The notes under the pieces: generated by a model
The model's input: the letters and a program-made list of their open reading frames with translations, nothing else
What the model was told of the DNA's origin: nothing
Database searches by the model: none
Position numbers and translations under genes: made by a program
In this document: piece by piece, positions 1-12,562 of the stretch
Layout: the number at the start of each line of letters is the position of its first letter
How positions within the stretch are numbered: position 1 is the stretch's first letter
NCBI RefSeq assembly: GCF_006345805.1
Contig: NC_043011.1
Location: forward strand, 39,258,464 to 39,322,463
Direction of reading: 5' to 3'
From: Octopus sinensis
Taxonomy: Eukaryota
Length of the DNA stretch: 64,000 bases

Positions 1-44
1 TAGCATGGACAGTAGACGTTAAACCATGATGATGATGTACAATG

Positions 45-200
45 CTCTTCTTTCAGTTTTACTCTACCAAATTCACTCACAAGGCTTTGGTCGGCCCGAG
101 GCTATAACAGAAAACCCCTGCCCAAGTTGCCATGCAGTGGGACTGAACCTGGAACCATGTGGTTGGGAAACAAGCTTCTTACCACGCAGCCACTCCTATA
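45..200 (-). mobile_element. SINE family A, 5' part
   Basis: Reverse complement of the head seen in the full copies (ggagtggctgcgtggtaagaagcttg...ggttcagtcccactgcatggcaacttgggc). Confidence 0.8.
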
Positions 201-603
201 TATTATATATTTATTATATATTTATTATATATGTGTGTGTGTGTATGTATGTAGTCAAATGCATGGACTGTCTAATATATACATGTGTGTATGTGTGTGT
301 TTAGTTATTTTTCCACTCAGATGACTGCATGTCAAAAATAGTCTTTTCTTGTTGGATTTATTAGATAACTAAAAAAACCATTTCACACTAAGATACTTTT
401 TTCTTTTTTCTCGCACTAATTTATTTTATGTATATATTTATATATTATTATTTTTTTTTTTTTTTACGTTTGATGCTATTTTCTGATAGACATGTAGGTG
501 CATTGTGAAAGGGCAGGAGAGCTTGGCAGGGAACGGCGGTGGCATGAGTAGGGGAGTTATCGAGAAGTATGCAACTACTATTGCATTTGTATAAATGATA
601 ATG

Positions 604-634
<31 letters not shown>

Positions 635-918
635 CAACAGTGAGCAAATAAATAAATAAAAACTACAAAATGTTTAATTCCTATAAAATTGATTTCTCCT
701 GATTAGCCACAAAACCAATTTTCTCTCCTCTTTCTTTCTCTCTCTCTCTTTGGTACCTTTTCTGTCTTTGCTTTTTTTTCTTTTAATTTTTTTTTTTTTT
801 ACCCCATTCCTGCCACTGAACTAATACAATTGATGTGATTGATTTCCAGTACAATATTGATGCTGTCAGTATTCAGACTGCTCTAAAGCGATGAGGTTAC
901 CAATATATATGTATATAA

Positions 919-959
<41 letters not shown>

Positions 960-984
960 AGAGAAAGAGAGAGAGAGAGAGAAA

Positions 985-1295
985 ACATGTGGGTTGCTGG
1001 TTAGAGTATCCGGCTCACAATCATAAGATGGAGGGTTCAATTCCTGGCGACGCGTTGTGTCCTTCAGCAAGACACTTCATTTTCACGTTGCTCCAGTCCA
1101 CTTGTCTGACAAAATTGAGTAGTACCTGTATTTCAAAGATCCAGCCATGTCACATTCTGCATCATGCTGAATCTCCCTGGGAATAACGTCAAGGGTATGC
1201 GTGTCTGTGGAGTGCTCAGCCACTTACATGTTGATTTTACGAACAGGCTGTTCTATTGGTTGAATAGAACCCTTGTCGTTGTTACCAACAGAGGG
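985..1295 (+). mobile_element. tRNA-derived SINE family B variant
   Basis: ggttagagtatccggctcacaatcataagatggagggttcaattcc (A/B box-like) then CORE-like gtccttcagcaagacacttcattttcac; similar to 53878-54185. Confidence 0.75.
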
Positions 1296-1948
1296 CTAAT
1301 TCTGTGTGTGTGTGTATTTTGTACACATCTAAATTTTGTATGACTCTATTATTCTTTCTTTCTCTTCATGCTCACTTTCCTCCTCTTTCACTTCACTGTG
1401 TCTCTTTCATTTTGTCTCGCCCCCTCCTTAATTCTTCTATCCCTCTGCCTCTACCTCTCTCTCTCTTCTCTCCTTACATGACCAGTGTTTGGCCAGGCCT
1501 GGACTTTCTTGGTTCAATTACCATCTATGCAACATCTATATTCCTCCCTGTGCCTGTTAAATCTTATGTCCCTGCTGTAAGGCTTTACTTCCACACATGC
1601 CAGCTTAATTTAATTCGTCCTTAGTTGAAAGACACCTGTTGTTATGTCCTGTTATTTGTATTTGTGTAATATTTCTCTGTCCTTGTTTTGTGTACATACA
1701 TTCGCTGCTTTCTTCCAAGGAATCTAATGCACTTAGCTTATCTTTTCCTTTGGGCTGGCCAGATTGGAGCAATCTCGAGTATAACCAGCTGAAATTGTAA
1801 AGATAATCTGGAACTCGACTGAGGATAGAAAACTCCAAATGGCCCGTCCTTGTTTTCCTTGTATCGTCTTTCTGGATGTTTTGTTCTCTCTTTGTTTGTA
1901 TCACCTAACTGTCTGGATGTTTTGCATTCTTGTCCCATTTTTGTATTA

Positions 1949-1988
<40 letters not shown>

Positions 1989-2569
1989 TAGATATTGATA
2001 TATAGATATTTTGTATTATATATGTATATATATATAGATATTGATCATTATTTTATGTCCATTTTATTGCTTGTATGGGTTAGACTGTTTGATTTGAGCT
2101 GGTAAGACAGAGGACTGTGTCTGGTTCCAACATGTGCTTTGGCATGGCGTGTCTGCAGCATCTAGCTTGTCTTCCTAATATCAACCACCTAGTAGAGTAC
2201 ACTGGGTATGTTTTCTACATGGCACCTCAAATGTGTGTGTTTCTGTGTGTTTGTGTGTGAGAGAGAGAGAGAGAGGATGGGGCTTCTGCACTGTCTCTAT
2301 CTAATAAATTTAACTGGAATGATGACATTAGTTGTCTTAATGTTGTAAGAAAAGCCATTGGTCAAAGGTTCCACGCACATGGATTGAACCTGACACCACA
2401 TGATTGTGAGATGAATGTATCGACCAGGCTGCCTTACCTGGTCCAATGCCCTCCTCCCCCTGCTTGCCGAATACTCAGGACGTCAAACAAAATATTTACT
2501 TACATTTCGTTGTAGCATGCTTAGTGGCATCTCAATACTTAGGACATCAGACGGAATTCTTAATAGCAC

Positions 2570-2990
2570 TCTTCTTCTTTGGTAGAATCCTTGGCATGTT
2601 GGACGAAATACTTAATGGCATTTCATCTGTCTTTGTTCTGAATTCAAATCCCACCAAGGTCAGCTCTGACCTTCATCCTTTTGGCATTGATGAAATAAGT
2701 ACCAGTTGAGCAGTGGGGGTCAGTGTAATCAACTTAGTCCCTCTGCTGAAGTGCCTGGCCTCGTGCCAGAATTCGGAATCATCATTGTTATCATCAAGGC
2801 AGCAATCTGACCGAATCTTTAGCAGCATTTCGTCTATTTTTATGTTATCAGTTCAAATTCCGCTGAGGCTTGCCTCTCAGACTTTTGGGGTCAATAAATT
2901 AAGTACCAGTTGAGTACTGGGGTTGATGTAATCAACTTAACCTGTCCCCCAAATTTTCAGGCCTGACGTCTATAGCAGGAAAGATTATTA
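2570..2990 (+). mobile_element. SINE family C, two tandem copies
   Basis: ggtagaatccttggcatg...gaattcaaatccc...ccttcatccttttggc...aagtaccagttgag motif twice. Confidence 0.8.
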
Positions 2991-3024
2991 GCATCATCAC
3001 AATAATAATAATAATAATAATAAT

Positions 3025-3478
3025 AATTCCTTTCTACTGGAGGCACAAGGCCTCAAATTTGGTAGGAGGGGACTAGTTGATTGCATTGGCCCCTTTGTTT
3101 CACTGATACTTAATTTACCAGCCCTGAAAGGATGAAAGGCAAAATCGACCCCGGCAGAATTTGAACTCTGAATGTAGCAATGGGTGGAATACTGTTAAGC
3201 ATTTTTGCCCGGCGTGCTAACGACCCTGCCAGAATGCTGCCGTGATGATGACAATGATGATCCTTTCTACTGGAAGCACAGGGCCTCAAATTTGGAGGGA
3301 AGGGATTAAGTTGATAACATTGACCTCAGTGTGTAACTGGTACTTATTTAATCGACTCCAAGAGGATGAAAGGCAAAGTCGACCCTGGCGGAATTTGAAC
3401 TCAGTACGTAGTGATGAGTGAAATACCGCTAAGCATTTTGCCTGGCGTGCTAACGACTCTGCTAGCTCACTGCCTTAG
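3025..3478 (-). mobile_element. SINE family C, two copies in reverse orientation
   Basis: aaggatgaaaggcaaagtcgacc...gaatttgaactc...gcgtgctaacgac is the reverse complement of the family C consensus. Confidence 0.85.
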
Positions 3479-3479
3479 T

Positions 3480-3780
3480 AATAATAATAATAATAATAAT
3501 AATAATCATTGTTGCTATTTTTACTGCTGTCATTCTCAACATCAGCATTATCATCATCATCATCATCCACCACCTCACCACTGCAATATCGTCATCATCA
3601 TCATTGCTACCATCCCCTTTATCATTGTTGCTATCAACTACATCATTTCCATTTTTATCTGCATCGTCATCATCATCATTGTCATCATCACCGTCATCTT
3701 CATTACCATCATTAACCATCTCCACCAGCATCACTGTAATCATTCCCACCATCATTACCTAAGTTATTACAATGATTGTA
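3480..3780. repeat. Degenerate (AAT)n/(CAT)n trinucleotide tract
   Basis: Direct inspection; explains the His/Ile/Asp-rich ORFs. Confidence 0.9.
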
Positions 3781-3926
3781 GAAAATGAATATGACAATTT
3801 TCTCATTTCAGCATTGAGGCCTATAGACAGGCTCAGTTAAATGTCACGGTCACTGCCTTGAAGCCTTGCATTCAATGGCCCATTCAATCAGCCATAATAA
3901 CAACAACAACAACAACAAATTCTTTC

Positions 3927-3957
<31 letters not shown>

Positions 3958-4071
3958 ATAATAATAACAACAACAAATTGTTTCAATGATGATGAGGATA
4001 GATTCTTTAATAAAAGTAGTTATTAATGGTGATATTGGAGATTTCTGTTAATAATATTAATAATAATAATG

Positions 4072-4205
4072 ATCCTTTCTACTAAAGGCACAAGGCCTGA
4101 AATTTGGGGAGAATTACATCAACCCCAGTGTTTCACTGGTACTTGATTTATCGACCATGAAAGGATGGATGGCAAAGTCAACCTCGGCGGAATTTAAACT
4201 CACAG
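4072..4205 (-). mobile_element. SINE family C fragment
   Basis: cctttctactaaaggcacaaggcc...ggcaaagtcaacctcggcggaatt. Confidence 0.75.
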
Positions 4206-4214
4206 TACTAACAC

Positions 4215-4380
4215 AATATAACTGACGGTGAGTCTTCTCAAACACAGCATATTGCCAAAGGTCTTGGTCACTTGTCATTGCCTCTGTGAGGCCCTATATT
4301 TCAGGGTCACGCTTCACCACCTCGTCCCATGTCTTCCTGGGTCGACCTCTTCCACAGGTACCCTCCTCACTTAGGGATCA
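4215..4380 (-). mobile_element. RTE-clade LINE, C-terminal ORF remnant
   Basis: Minus strand reads GTCGRGRPRKTWDEVVKRDPEI*GLTEAMTSDQDLWQYAVFEK, the typical RTE C-terminal RGRPRKTW...W motif. Confidence 0.8.
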
Positions 4381-5129
4381 TGTTTCAGAACTGTGAATAA
4401 ACAAGAGTAAATCTAAATGCTAAAAGATTAAAAGACCTAGCCAGGCCGACTTGGCCAACAATAGGCGCACCACGGAACGACGGAAGAAAGCATTAGACGC
4501 GAGGCCATGACGAGGAAAAAGCAATTTGCAGCAAGATAGGTGATACCTTTCTATCGTAAAATCATAAACAAAGCTAGTGAACGCATTTTAAACTCCTGAC
4601 CACTTCAGTGTAATTGCATAAGCTGCAACACGATTGCAGAACAAATTGCACTTGTTAAACAACACTGAAATTATCATCATCATCATCATCATCATCATGA
4701 TCATCATATTTTATTCTGTTGTTGTTGCAGTTATTAGTTTTGTTATTAGTATTATTTTGAAAATCACACGTGTGGATTGCTATTGTGTGTGTGTATGTGT
4801 GTATGGTGTGTGTGTGTGTGTGTGTGAACTTTAAAATTTTGCAATTGAAAATTTTTTTCTTTTATCTTTTTCTATGCTTTTTTTTTACCCCCCGTTTTTT
4901 GTTTTTTTTTTCCTGTTATTTATTTATTTATTTTTTTCTTTCCTAACCTAATTCTCAAATTTAAAAAGAAAATGCAATCTGTCCACTGAAATTATATTAA
5001 GTCTTAGCTCAGGAAATTTCACTCAAAGAATTTAAACAATGCCATAAAGAAGAAAAAATAACACAGAATAAAATCAAAACAAAACTAATAAAATAAATAA
5101 TTGTGAGGAAATTGATATTTTCTTTTTGT

Positions 5130-5760
5130 TTACTGTTTTTGTTCCCTTGATTCAAATTTCCTTTTTTTTAACTCTTTCTTCCTTCTCTCTCACACACTCT
5201 CTCTCTGTTTTTCTTAACCTGTTTCATTGTTTTTCTCTTTCTCTTTCTCCCTTCCTCTTTTTCACTCTATCCCTATGTACTTCATTAAGTGTGCTTCCCT
5301 CCTCTCTCTCCTCTCCCCTCCAACTACCTTCTTCATTAAGGATGCTTCTCTCTGTCTTTCTCCCTGTGTCTGTCTAGCTCTCTCCCTCTGTTGCCCTCTG
5401 TGTGTGTGTGTATGTCTCTCTCTCTCTCTGTTGCCCTCTGTGTGTGTGTCTCTCTCTCTCTCTGTTGCCCTCTGTATGTCTCTCTCTCTCTCTCTGTTGC
5501 CCTGCGTGTGTGCGTCTCTCTCTCTCTCTCTCTCTGTTGCCCTGTGTGTGTGTGTGTCTCTCTCTCTCTCTCTCCTCCCCCCTACATTTGAATCTGTTTC
5601 TCTGTCTCTGACCCTTCATGTATATGTTTTTGTCTCTTTTTTTCTCTCAACCTCTCTCTCACTTTTGCTTTCTCTTTTCTCGGCTTTACCTCTCTTTCTC
5701 TCTCCCCCCTCTTTCTCTCTTTTACATCTCTCCCGTCATCTCTCTAACACTCCCCTCTTT
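5130..5760. repeat. (CT)n/(GT)n compound microsatellite with ctctgttgccct subunits
   Basis: Direct inspection. Confidence 0.9.
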
Positions 5761-5989
5761 CAAACACCTTATGCACAAGAAAACTACCACCCGACTACCA
5801 CCCAACACCACCCCACATTCAGCCCCCTCATTAAGCACACCTCTAATTGAGCCAATTTTTTTTTTTCTGTGGCTAAATCTGGTGTTGGATATAACACCAC
5901 CACCCTCAAACCACCCCCATCGGATCTGGAAAATACCAGGCTTGGTTCTTTCTCAATCAGTTAGATCAGCTGAAAATTCTGTTTGATGC

Positions 5990-6570
5990 CCCCCACCCCC
6001 CCACCACCACCACAACTACTACTACTACTAGCACTACTATGACAACCACTTCTATGACAACTACCACTACTGACTACCACCACCAACACTTCTGAAGTTA
6101 ATACAACCTTCTATTGTCACTTCCACTACCACCTCTGCTGTAACCAACATCATCGATGCCACAACTACAGCCACAACCACAACTAGTGTCAGTACTAACC
6201 ACTACTACACTACTGCAACTACCACCCCCACTACTAACTCTACTGTTACCAACACTACATCCATCACTACTACTACCATCACAACATCCATTACCACTGC
6301 CAACGCCACTGCAACATCCATCACCACTACAGCATCCATCACCACCACCACTACAGCATCAATCACCACCACGCCCACCACCACCACTACAACATCCATC
6401 ACCACCACTATCATTAATACTGTCTGCACCATCCTCACTACCACACAACTGCAACTATTTACCACCACCACCCCCCACACAACTTCTACCACCTCTACAA
6501 CTCTACCTCAACTACTACCACAACCTCCACTACCATCACCACCACCACCACCACTACCTCCACCATTCTT
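5990..6570. repeat. Degenerate ACC/ACT trinucleotide low-complexity tract
   Basis: Direct inspection; no splice signals or start recognised. Confidence 0.85.
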
Positions 6571-7905
6571 GGACAAAATCTGGAAGTGATTCTGTTAATT
6601 AACCTAAATTAAGGCAGCTCCATCAACAGGCCTCAGTCTCCACCACTGCCGCCACCACCATTGGCCCTACCTTTCTCCTTTCCTTTCTTCTTTCCTTCCT
6701 TCCATGTTGCTTTCTTCCTTTTCTTTGTGTCCCTTTGTGTTTCTTTATTTTTACTTTCTTTGCTTTTCCTCCTTTTCTTTCCTAATTTCCTTCCTTCCTT
6801 CCTTCCTTCCTCTATTCCCTTCTGTAGTTCCTTTAGCAATATGAGACACATGCCTCCTGTCTTTCTCTCTTTATGTCTTTCTTTCTCTCCCTCCCTCTTC
6901 TCTGTCTGTCTCTCTGCTCTCTCTCTCTCTCCTTGCTCTCTCACTGCTCTCTCTCTGTCTCTGCTTCCCTCTTTCTGTGTGTGTGCCTCTCTATCTGTAT
7001 CCCCCCCTCTCGCTCTCTCAGGTGTGCAGCACAGCCCAGCCATGTTAACAAGAAGAGGTGTGCATGTATGTGGGGATGGGGGGGTGGGCTGGAGAGGTGG
7101 CGGTTGGCAAATGACATACCTGGAATTCCTCAACAATCTGCAATCGCATCTAAATCTCAATGCGTATGCATGTGCGCACACACACACCACACACACATAC
7201 ACTCATGCAAACTTGTAGTAGTATTTTAGCATTCATACGCACGTGTACACCCATACGTAATCTAGCATGCATGCCCTCCGCACTCACAGGTATACCCAAA
7301 TGCATACACACTAACAATTTCACTCGTGTGTGCTTGTGCATTTCAAACTTTGAATACTTGCATACACTCATGCACACTAACGGTGGCTCTTTAGCATTCA
7401 CACACACACACACACATACATTCAGGTGTGCACTTACTTGCACTTATGTATGTATACACACACACATATGCACTCTAACACTCGTGTATTCACATTCACA
7501 AACACACACACACACACACATGCACCCTTATGTATTGCTGTAGCAGTTTAGCATGCATCTATATATGTATACACACCTGCACACACAAGTGTATTCGAAT
7601 GTGCAATTCTTTGCGCTCAGATATGTATACACAAACGCATACACACCGTGTTACTTTCACTATCGCACATACTCATATATGCTAATGCTTATGCGTATAG
7701 AGACACTCACACATGCAAATATGCAATTCTTTGTGCTCCATTATTTGACACACACGTTATGTCCATACACACTAACTGTAGCATTCTGGCACACACACAC
7801 ATACACTTATATACATGCGTTTCCTTTACCTGTATAGCGACTGTTATGTTTGATTCTCCCTGTTAAGGCTTGCTGGTGTGTGTGTGGAGAGAGAGAGAGA
7901 GAGAT

Positions 7906-8310
7906 TTAAGGAAGAATGTTACGATCGAGAAGATGAATCACAATGACCTTTTTGTGTGCACAGTTTGTGACAGACCATGCGTTTCTTTTGCTGGGTTCAA
8001 ATCTCATTTGTGAACCCATGGAAAACGAACCTCCACCAACTATTCTGCCTATATGTCTGTGCACACCTTTCAATGCCATGTATGCCAGAAGGTTTGAAAT
8101 TCTAATGGGGGTCTCAAAAGACGTCTTAAGATCCACAAAGATCAGAACTTAACTGCAGCTCTTGGTGGTCCAGATCGGATATGCAATCAATGTGGGTGTC
8201 TTTTCAAAACATTGTCTGCTTTAAAAAGCCACATCAGATGCCACGATGGTTCTAAGGTGTAGGTACAGGAGATGGTCAAATTCTGCTTAAGGAGTATACA
8301 ATCACCATAC
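7906..8310 (+). mobile_element. Decayed 3x C2H2 zinc-finger reading frame, probably the 3' end of an RTE-like LINE
   Basis: One frame 7909-8262: FVCTVCDRPCVSFAGFKSHL*TH...FQCHVCQKV*NSNGGLKRRLKIH...ICNQCGCLFKTLSALKSHIRCHDGSKV*. Two internal TGA (8011, 8095), then a short 3' segment and a simple-repeat tail. LINE origin is inferred. Confidence 0.7.
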
Positions 8311-8465
8311 GCGCGCACACACACACACACACACATGTTTTTATTATTCTTAAACAAGAATGCTATTGGCAGTGACTTGTAAGTTTTGACTATCTCAGTC
8401 ATTGTTATCAGAGTATAGAGTAATCTCTCAGATTATAACTAAACATGATAACGAACAGGTATATA

Positions 8466-9320
8466 CGAGGGTCAGCTGACAAGTTCATTGGCTAACCAAC
8501 ATACTCTCATGGAAGGAATGGGATGAAATGGGGTTTATTTCTCAACACAGTTCCTCCTTGTGGTTCACACACTTTTTCCTTCAATGTTGCAGTGCTTGGA
8601 TCTTGTTGGTGAAGATCCTTTCATCCTGTTGGTCAAAAAAAAGTCATCAGCAGCAGATATGTTATCATCATCTCTGCTATACTGGTTCCCAGCCAAGTTT
8701 TTCATCATGTTGGGGGAGCAGATGACAGTCATATGGGGCCAAATCAGGAGGTTAAGCAGGGTGGTCAACCAATTCAATGTGACACACACACACACAGAGC
8801 AGCCATTGAAACCGAAGACTTTTGTGCTGCGGCACTGACCGAATGAAACAAGACTCCTTTCTCAGTTTTCCAGCTGTTTAGTATACCTGCCTCAGCCAGT
8901 TTAGCTTAGTACTCTCCTTTGACAGTGTGACCCTTTTCAGGATATTCAATAAACACAATGCCTTTTGGAACCCCCAAAACTGAGGCCATCATATTCTCCA
9001 CTGATAAAACAACCATCTTTGAAGAAGGTGAGGAAGGATTCCATTACACGGATGGTCTGTTTGTCTCAAACTCAAAGTAATGAACTCCTTATTCATCCTG
9101 GATTGGGAAACATCCAAGAGAACCTGCCTGAAACAATGTCACATTTCCACATGATGAGATCAGCCTCATATGCTTTTGATCAGGTGTCATAAGATGTGAC
9201 ACCCACTGACCAGAAACATTCATTATGCCAAGTTCATTGTGCAGGATATTCTCAACACTCTCATGGGATATGCTAATAGTCAAGCACTTGGATAACACCA
9301 CCATGATGGCCAAATTTTGT
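8466..9320 (-). mobile_element. Defective mariner (Tc1/mariner) transposon, truncated, transposase pseudogene
   Basis: TA followed by TIR-like cgagggtcagctgacaagttc. Minus strand gives ISHESVENILHNELG...QWVSHLMTPDQKHMR...IQDE and NMMKNLAGNQYSRDDDNISAADDFF with frameshifts. Confidence 0.9.
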
Positions 9321-9836
9321 GAATTGTCAAGAGAGGTCGCTACTAGTTACTTTTGAAGTTTTCTTTGAATAGTCAGATTCCCTGGAAAGAAACAATGCAT
9401 TTATTAATGAGACTCCAAATTAATACATTCAGCATTTCACAGCTTTAGCATTACTTCTTCATAGTCCACCTACAAGCTTTTCAGCCTTCTCTCATGTATA
9501 TATATATATATATATATATGAATAATTTGATTAGAGGTTATGTTTGCCTCATGGAAGGATAGTGCCATCCAAGGACATTTTGGTCCAATACCTAATATTC
9601 TTTGTGTGTGTGTGGGGGGGGGGTGATTTCCTTAAAATAATAGGCATGCATATAAAAACCTGTAGTTTATATTTATATAAAGGAAAATGATATTAAGCTC
9701 AGAAATATTAACTTAATATTTAAATATTTAATTAATTCACTGTGTATAATTGAAATGGCTGTAAGGGATGTTGTTTGATTTGTTGTTGATAATAAACTCT
9801 TAATAACTTCACAATCTCCATTTTCTTTTTCCTACT

Positions 9837-9870
<34 letters not shown>

Positions 9871-10306
9871 GCAGGTAGATAGAGAAACAGGCATACGTTA
9901 ATAGATGGATAGATAGATAAATAGATTGATTGATACATTGATAGGCAGGTTGATAGATATGTAGATAGTTAGATGGATTGGTATAGATATTTTGATTGAT
10001 ATGTTGATTAACAGAGTGAGAGAGGATGAGAGCAATACTGTAGTATCCAGAGGTTCTTGTGATATTTCAAATTCTTCAAACTTTCATTCCTATATATGGA
10101 AAAATTAATTTGTGAGTAAAAAAAAGGCAAAAAGAAAGCTAATGGTTAAAAGGAATTTAAGTGCAAGAATTTATCACATTTTCAAAAAAATAAAGATTTA
10201 TTCCTGAGATTGTTCGTATTCAACATATTCTCTGTCGTGAGTAATATAAGCCTTGATCCATTCTAAAATTCTAAGAATATGTTCTGTAATTAAAAAAAAA
10301 ATTTTT

Positions 10307-10720
10307 AGGCACAGGAGTGGCTGTGTGGTAAGTAGCTTGCTTACCAACCACATGGTTCCGGGTTCAGTCCCACTGCGTGGCACCTTGGGCAAGTGTCTTC
10401 TACTATAGCCTCGGGCCGACCAAAGCCTTGTGAATGGATTTGGTAGACGGAAACTAAAAGACGCCCGTCGTATATGTATATATATATATGAGTGTGGGTT
10501 TGTATGTCTGTCTGCCTCCCCCCCCCATCGCTTGACAACCGATGCCGGTGTGTTTATGTCCCCATAACTTAGTGGTTCAGCAAAAAGAGACCGAGAGAAT
10601 AAGTACTGGGCTTACAAAGAATAAGTCCTGGGGTCAATTTCCTCGACTAAAGGTGGTGCTCCAGCATGACCGCAGTCAAAGGACTGAAACAAGTGAAAGG
10701 GTTGAAGGGTAAAAGAGTAA
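10307..10720 (+). mobile_element. SINE family A, full length (tRNA head, CORE-like segment, internal TA/TG repeat, LINE-like tail)
   Basis: ggcacaggagtggctgtgtggtaagtagcttg...ggttcagtccc...ccttgggcaagtgtc...gtgctccagcatgaccgcagtcaaaggactgaaacaag; more than 12 copies in the window. Confidence 0.9.
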
Positions 10721-11109
10721 TTATATTTTCATTAGTTTCTATACAAGTTACTCCCTCGGTCACATTAGTTATCCAACCCTGCAAGTCATCCATTGAATAA
10801 GATTTAGTTGAGAAAACAAACAATAATCTTTAGATGTACCCCAATAAAATTTGAAGTAATTACGTAATTATGAGTCGTTTTGTAATGGTTTTTTTTTTTT
10901 TTTTGTTTTTTTCTTCTTTTTGCTTAATTAGTAAACAATTATAATGATTTCTTTTTCTATTTATTTTATTGCTAGGCAATAGAATTGGTGCTGTTAGGCT
11001 GGTAAATGTTCGTTGTAGCTTAATTCCATCGTATATAGAAACAGTAGTTATTAACAATTAGAAATTTTCAATTTCAAAAATGTGCAGGTTTTAAAATGGC
11101 CAATATTTG

Positions 11110-11520
11110 TGCGCACGCACACACACACACTGTCTCTCTCTCACTCACTCTTACTGTCTTACTCTCTCACACATACACTTTTTCTCTATTTCTCTCTCTC
11201 ACACACTCTTTCTCTATTTGTCCCTCACTCTCTCTTTCTCTCTCACACTGTCTCTCTCTCTTTCTCACATTCTATTTCTCTCTCTCTCTTTCTTACACAA
11301 ACACACACACTTTCTCTTTTTCTCTCTCAATTTCTCTTTTGCTCTCTCTCTCTCTCACACACTCTTTCTCTTTCACACACACTTTCTCTCTCTCTCACTC
11401 ACACACACACACTATTTCTCTCATTCTCTCTCTCTCACACACTCTTGATTTCTCTTTCTCTCTCTCTTTCTCTCTCCTTCTCTTGCACATACTTACACTC
11501 ACACACACACACACACCAGA
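11110..11520. repeat. (CT)n/(CA)n compound microsatellite
   Basis: Direct inspection. Confidence 0.9.
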
Positions 11521-12071
11521 TTCTCCAACAGTCCACCATCTCCTCTATATAGAGTAAAGCAACATTCTTCCACCTTCTGTATTTTTCTTCTTCTTTGCTC
11601 TTTTGTTTCAACCTTCTTCATTTCTCTTTCTTACTCCTTTCTTTCTTCGTCTCTTTGTCTTTCTTTTTCACTCCACCTTCTTCCCCACATCTCTCCTTCC
11701 TTTCATTTCTGTTTTCCTTTTTAGCTTTCTTTCTTTCTCCTCTTCGCTTTCCTCTTTTTTTTTCTTTTCTTTATAATACAAAAGAGAGTAAATGTAAGTG
11801 GTGTTGAATGAGTCCACATGTGATGCTTGGTGGCAGGCAGTGAGTAAGAGAATGCTTCTCACTGAAAGAGAGAAAGAGAGAGAGTGTGTTACAGAGACAG
11901 AAGAGTAGAATAAAACATTTGTTATAAAAACGAAAGAGATATAAAAAAAGAAATAATTGCAAATGGACAATTCATTTCAAATTTCTCACTTGTAAACCTC
12001 CCAATGTTCTGCAAATTGAGTTGTCAATTTACAGATCACTTTTACATTTATTTTGTTATCTTGTTTTGCAA

Positions 12072-12380
12072 GTTACCTGGTGACCCTGCCGGTGCTGGTG
12101 CCATGGGATAAGCATCCACTCCACGCTGTGAAGTGGTTGGCATTTGGAAGGGCATCCAACTGTAAAAACCATGATGAAACTGTCCTCTCTTGTGCTGGTG
12201 CCATGTAAAAAGCTCTCAGAGTACTCTGTGGAGTGGTTAGTGTTAGGAAGAGCATCCAGCTGTAAAAACTCTGCCAAAAGAGACACAGTAGCCTGGGGTA
12301 GTCTTCTCCCTGGCCGTCTCCTGTCACACTGTTCAATCCATGCCTGCATGGAAGGCAGGCGTTAAACAATGATGATGATA
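12072..12380 (+). mobile_element. Family D: 5'-truncated RTE LINE 3' UTR
   Basis: gtggttagtgttaggaagagcatccagctgtaaaaac...ccatgcctgcatggaaggcaggcgttaaac(gat)n tail; the same sequence follows RTE coding sequence at 55370-55810. Confidence 0.8.
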
Positions 12381-12562
12381 TAGAGAAAAAGCAAAGGCGG
12401 CACTTAACTCTGGTTTGATGTTCCAACATCTATCTTGATTCTTAGAAATTTTTGGAAAAAATTAGTTTTTTTTTTTAATGAAATTTTGCACTGGGATCTC
12501 TTCAGTAATATAGATTGCAATTAATGTCGATAAAATTAATAAAAAAGAATAATATCATATAC

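Noticed and set aside
7120-7149. Minus-strand 30-nt exon-like segment ending CAG|GTATGT
   Set aside because: Weak acceptor without a pyrimidine tract, and its phase-1 frame is closed, so it is incompatible with the 19643 candidate.
5126-7229. Leu/Ser-rich, Glu/Arg-rich and Thr/Pro-rich ORFs
   Set aside because: They arise from (CT)n and ACC/ACT low-complexity tracts, with no splice signals or domain motifs.
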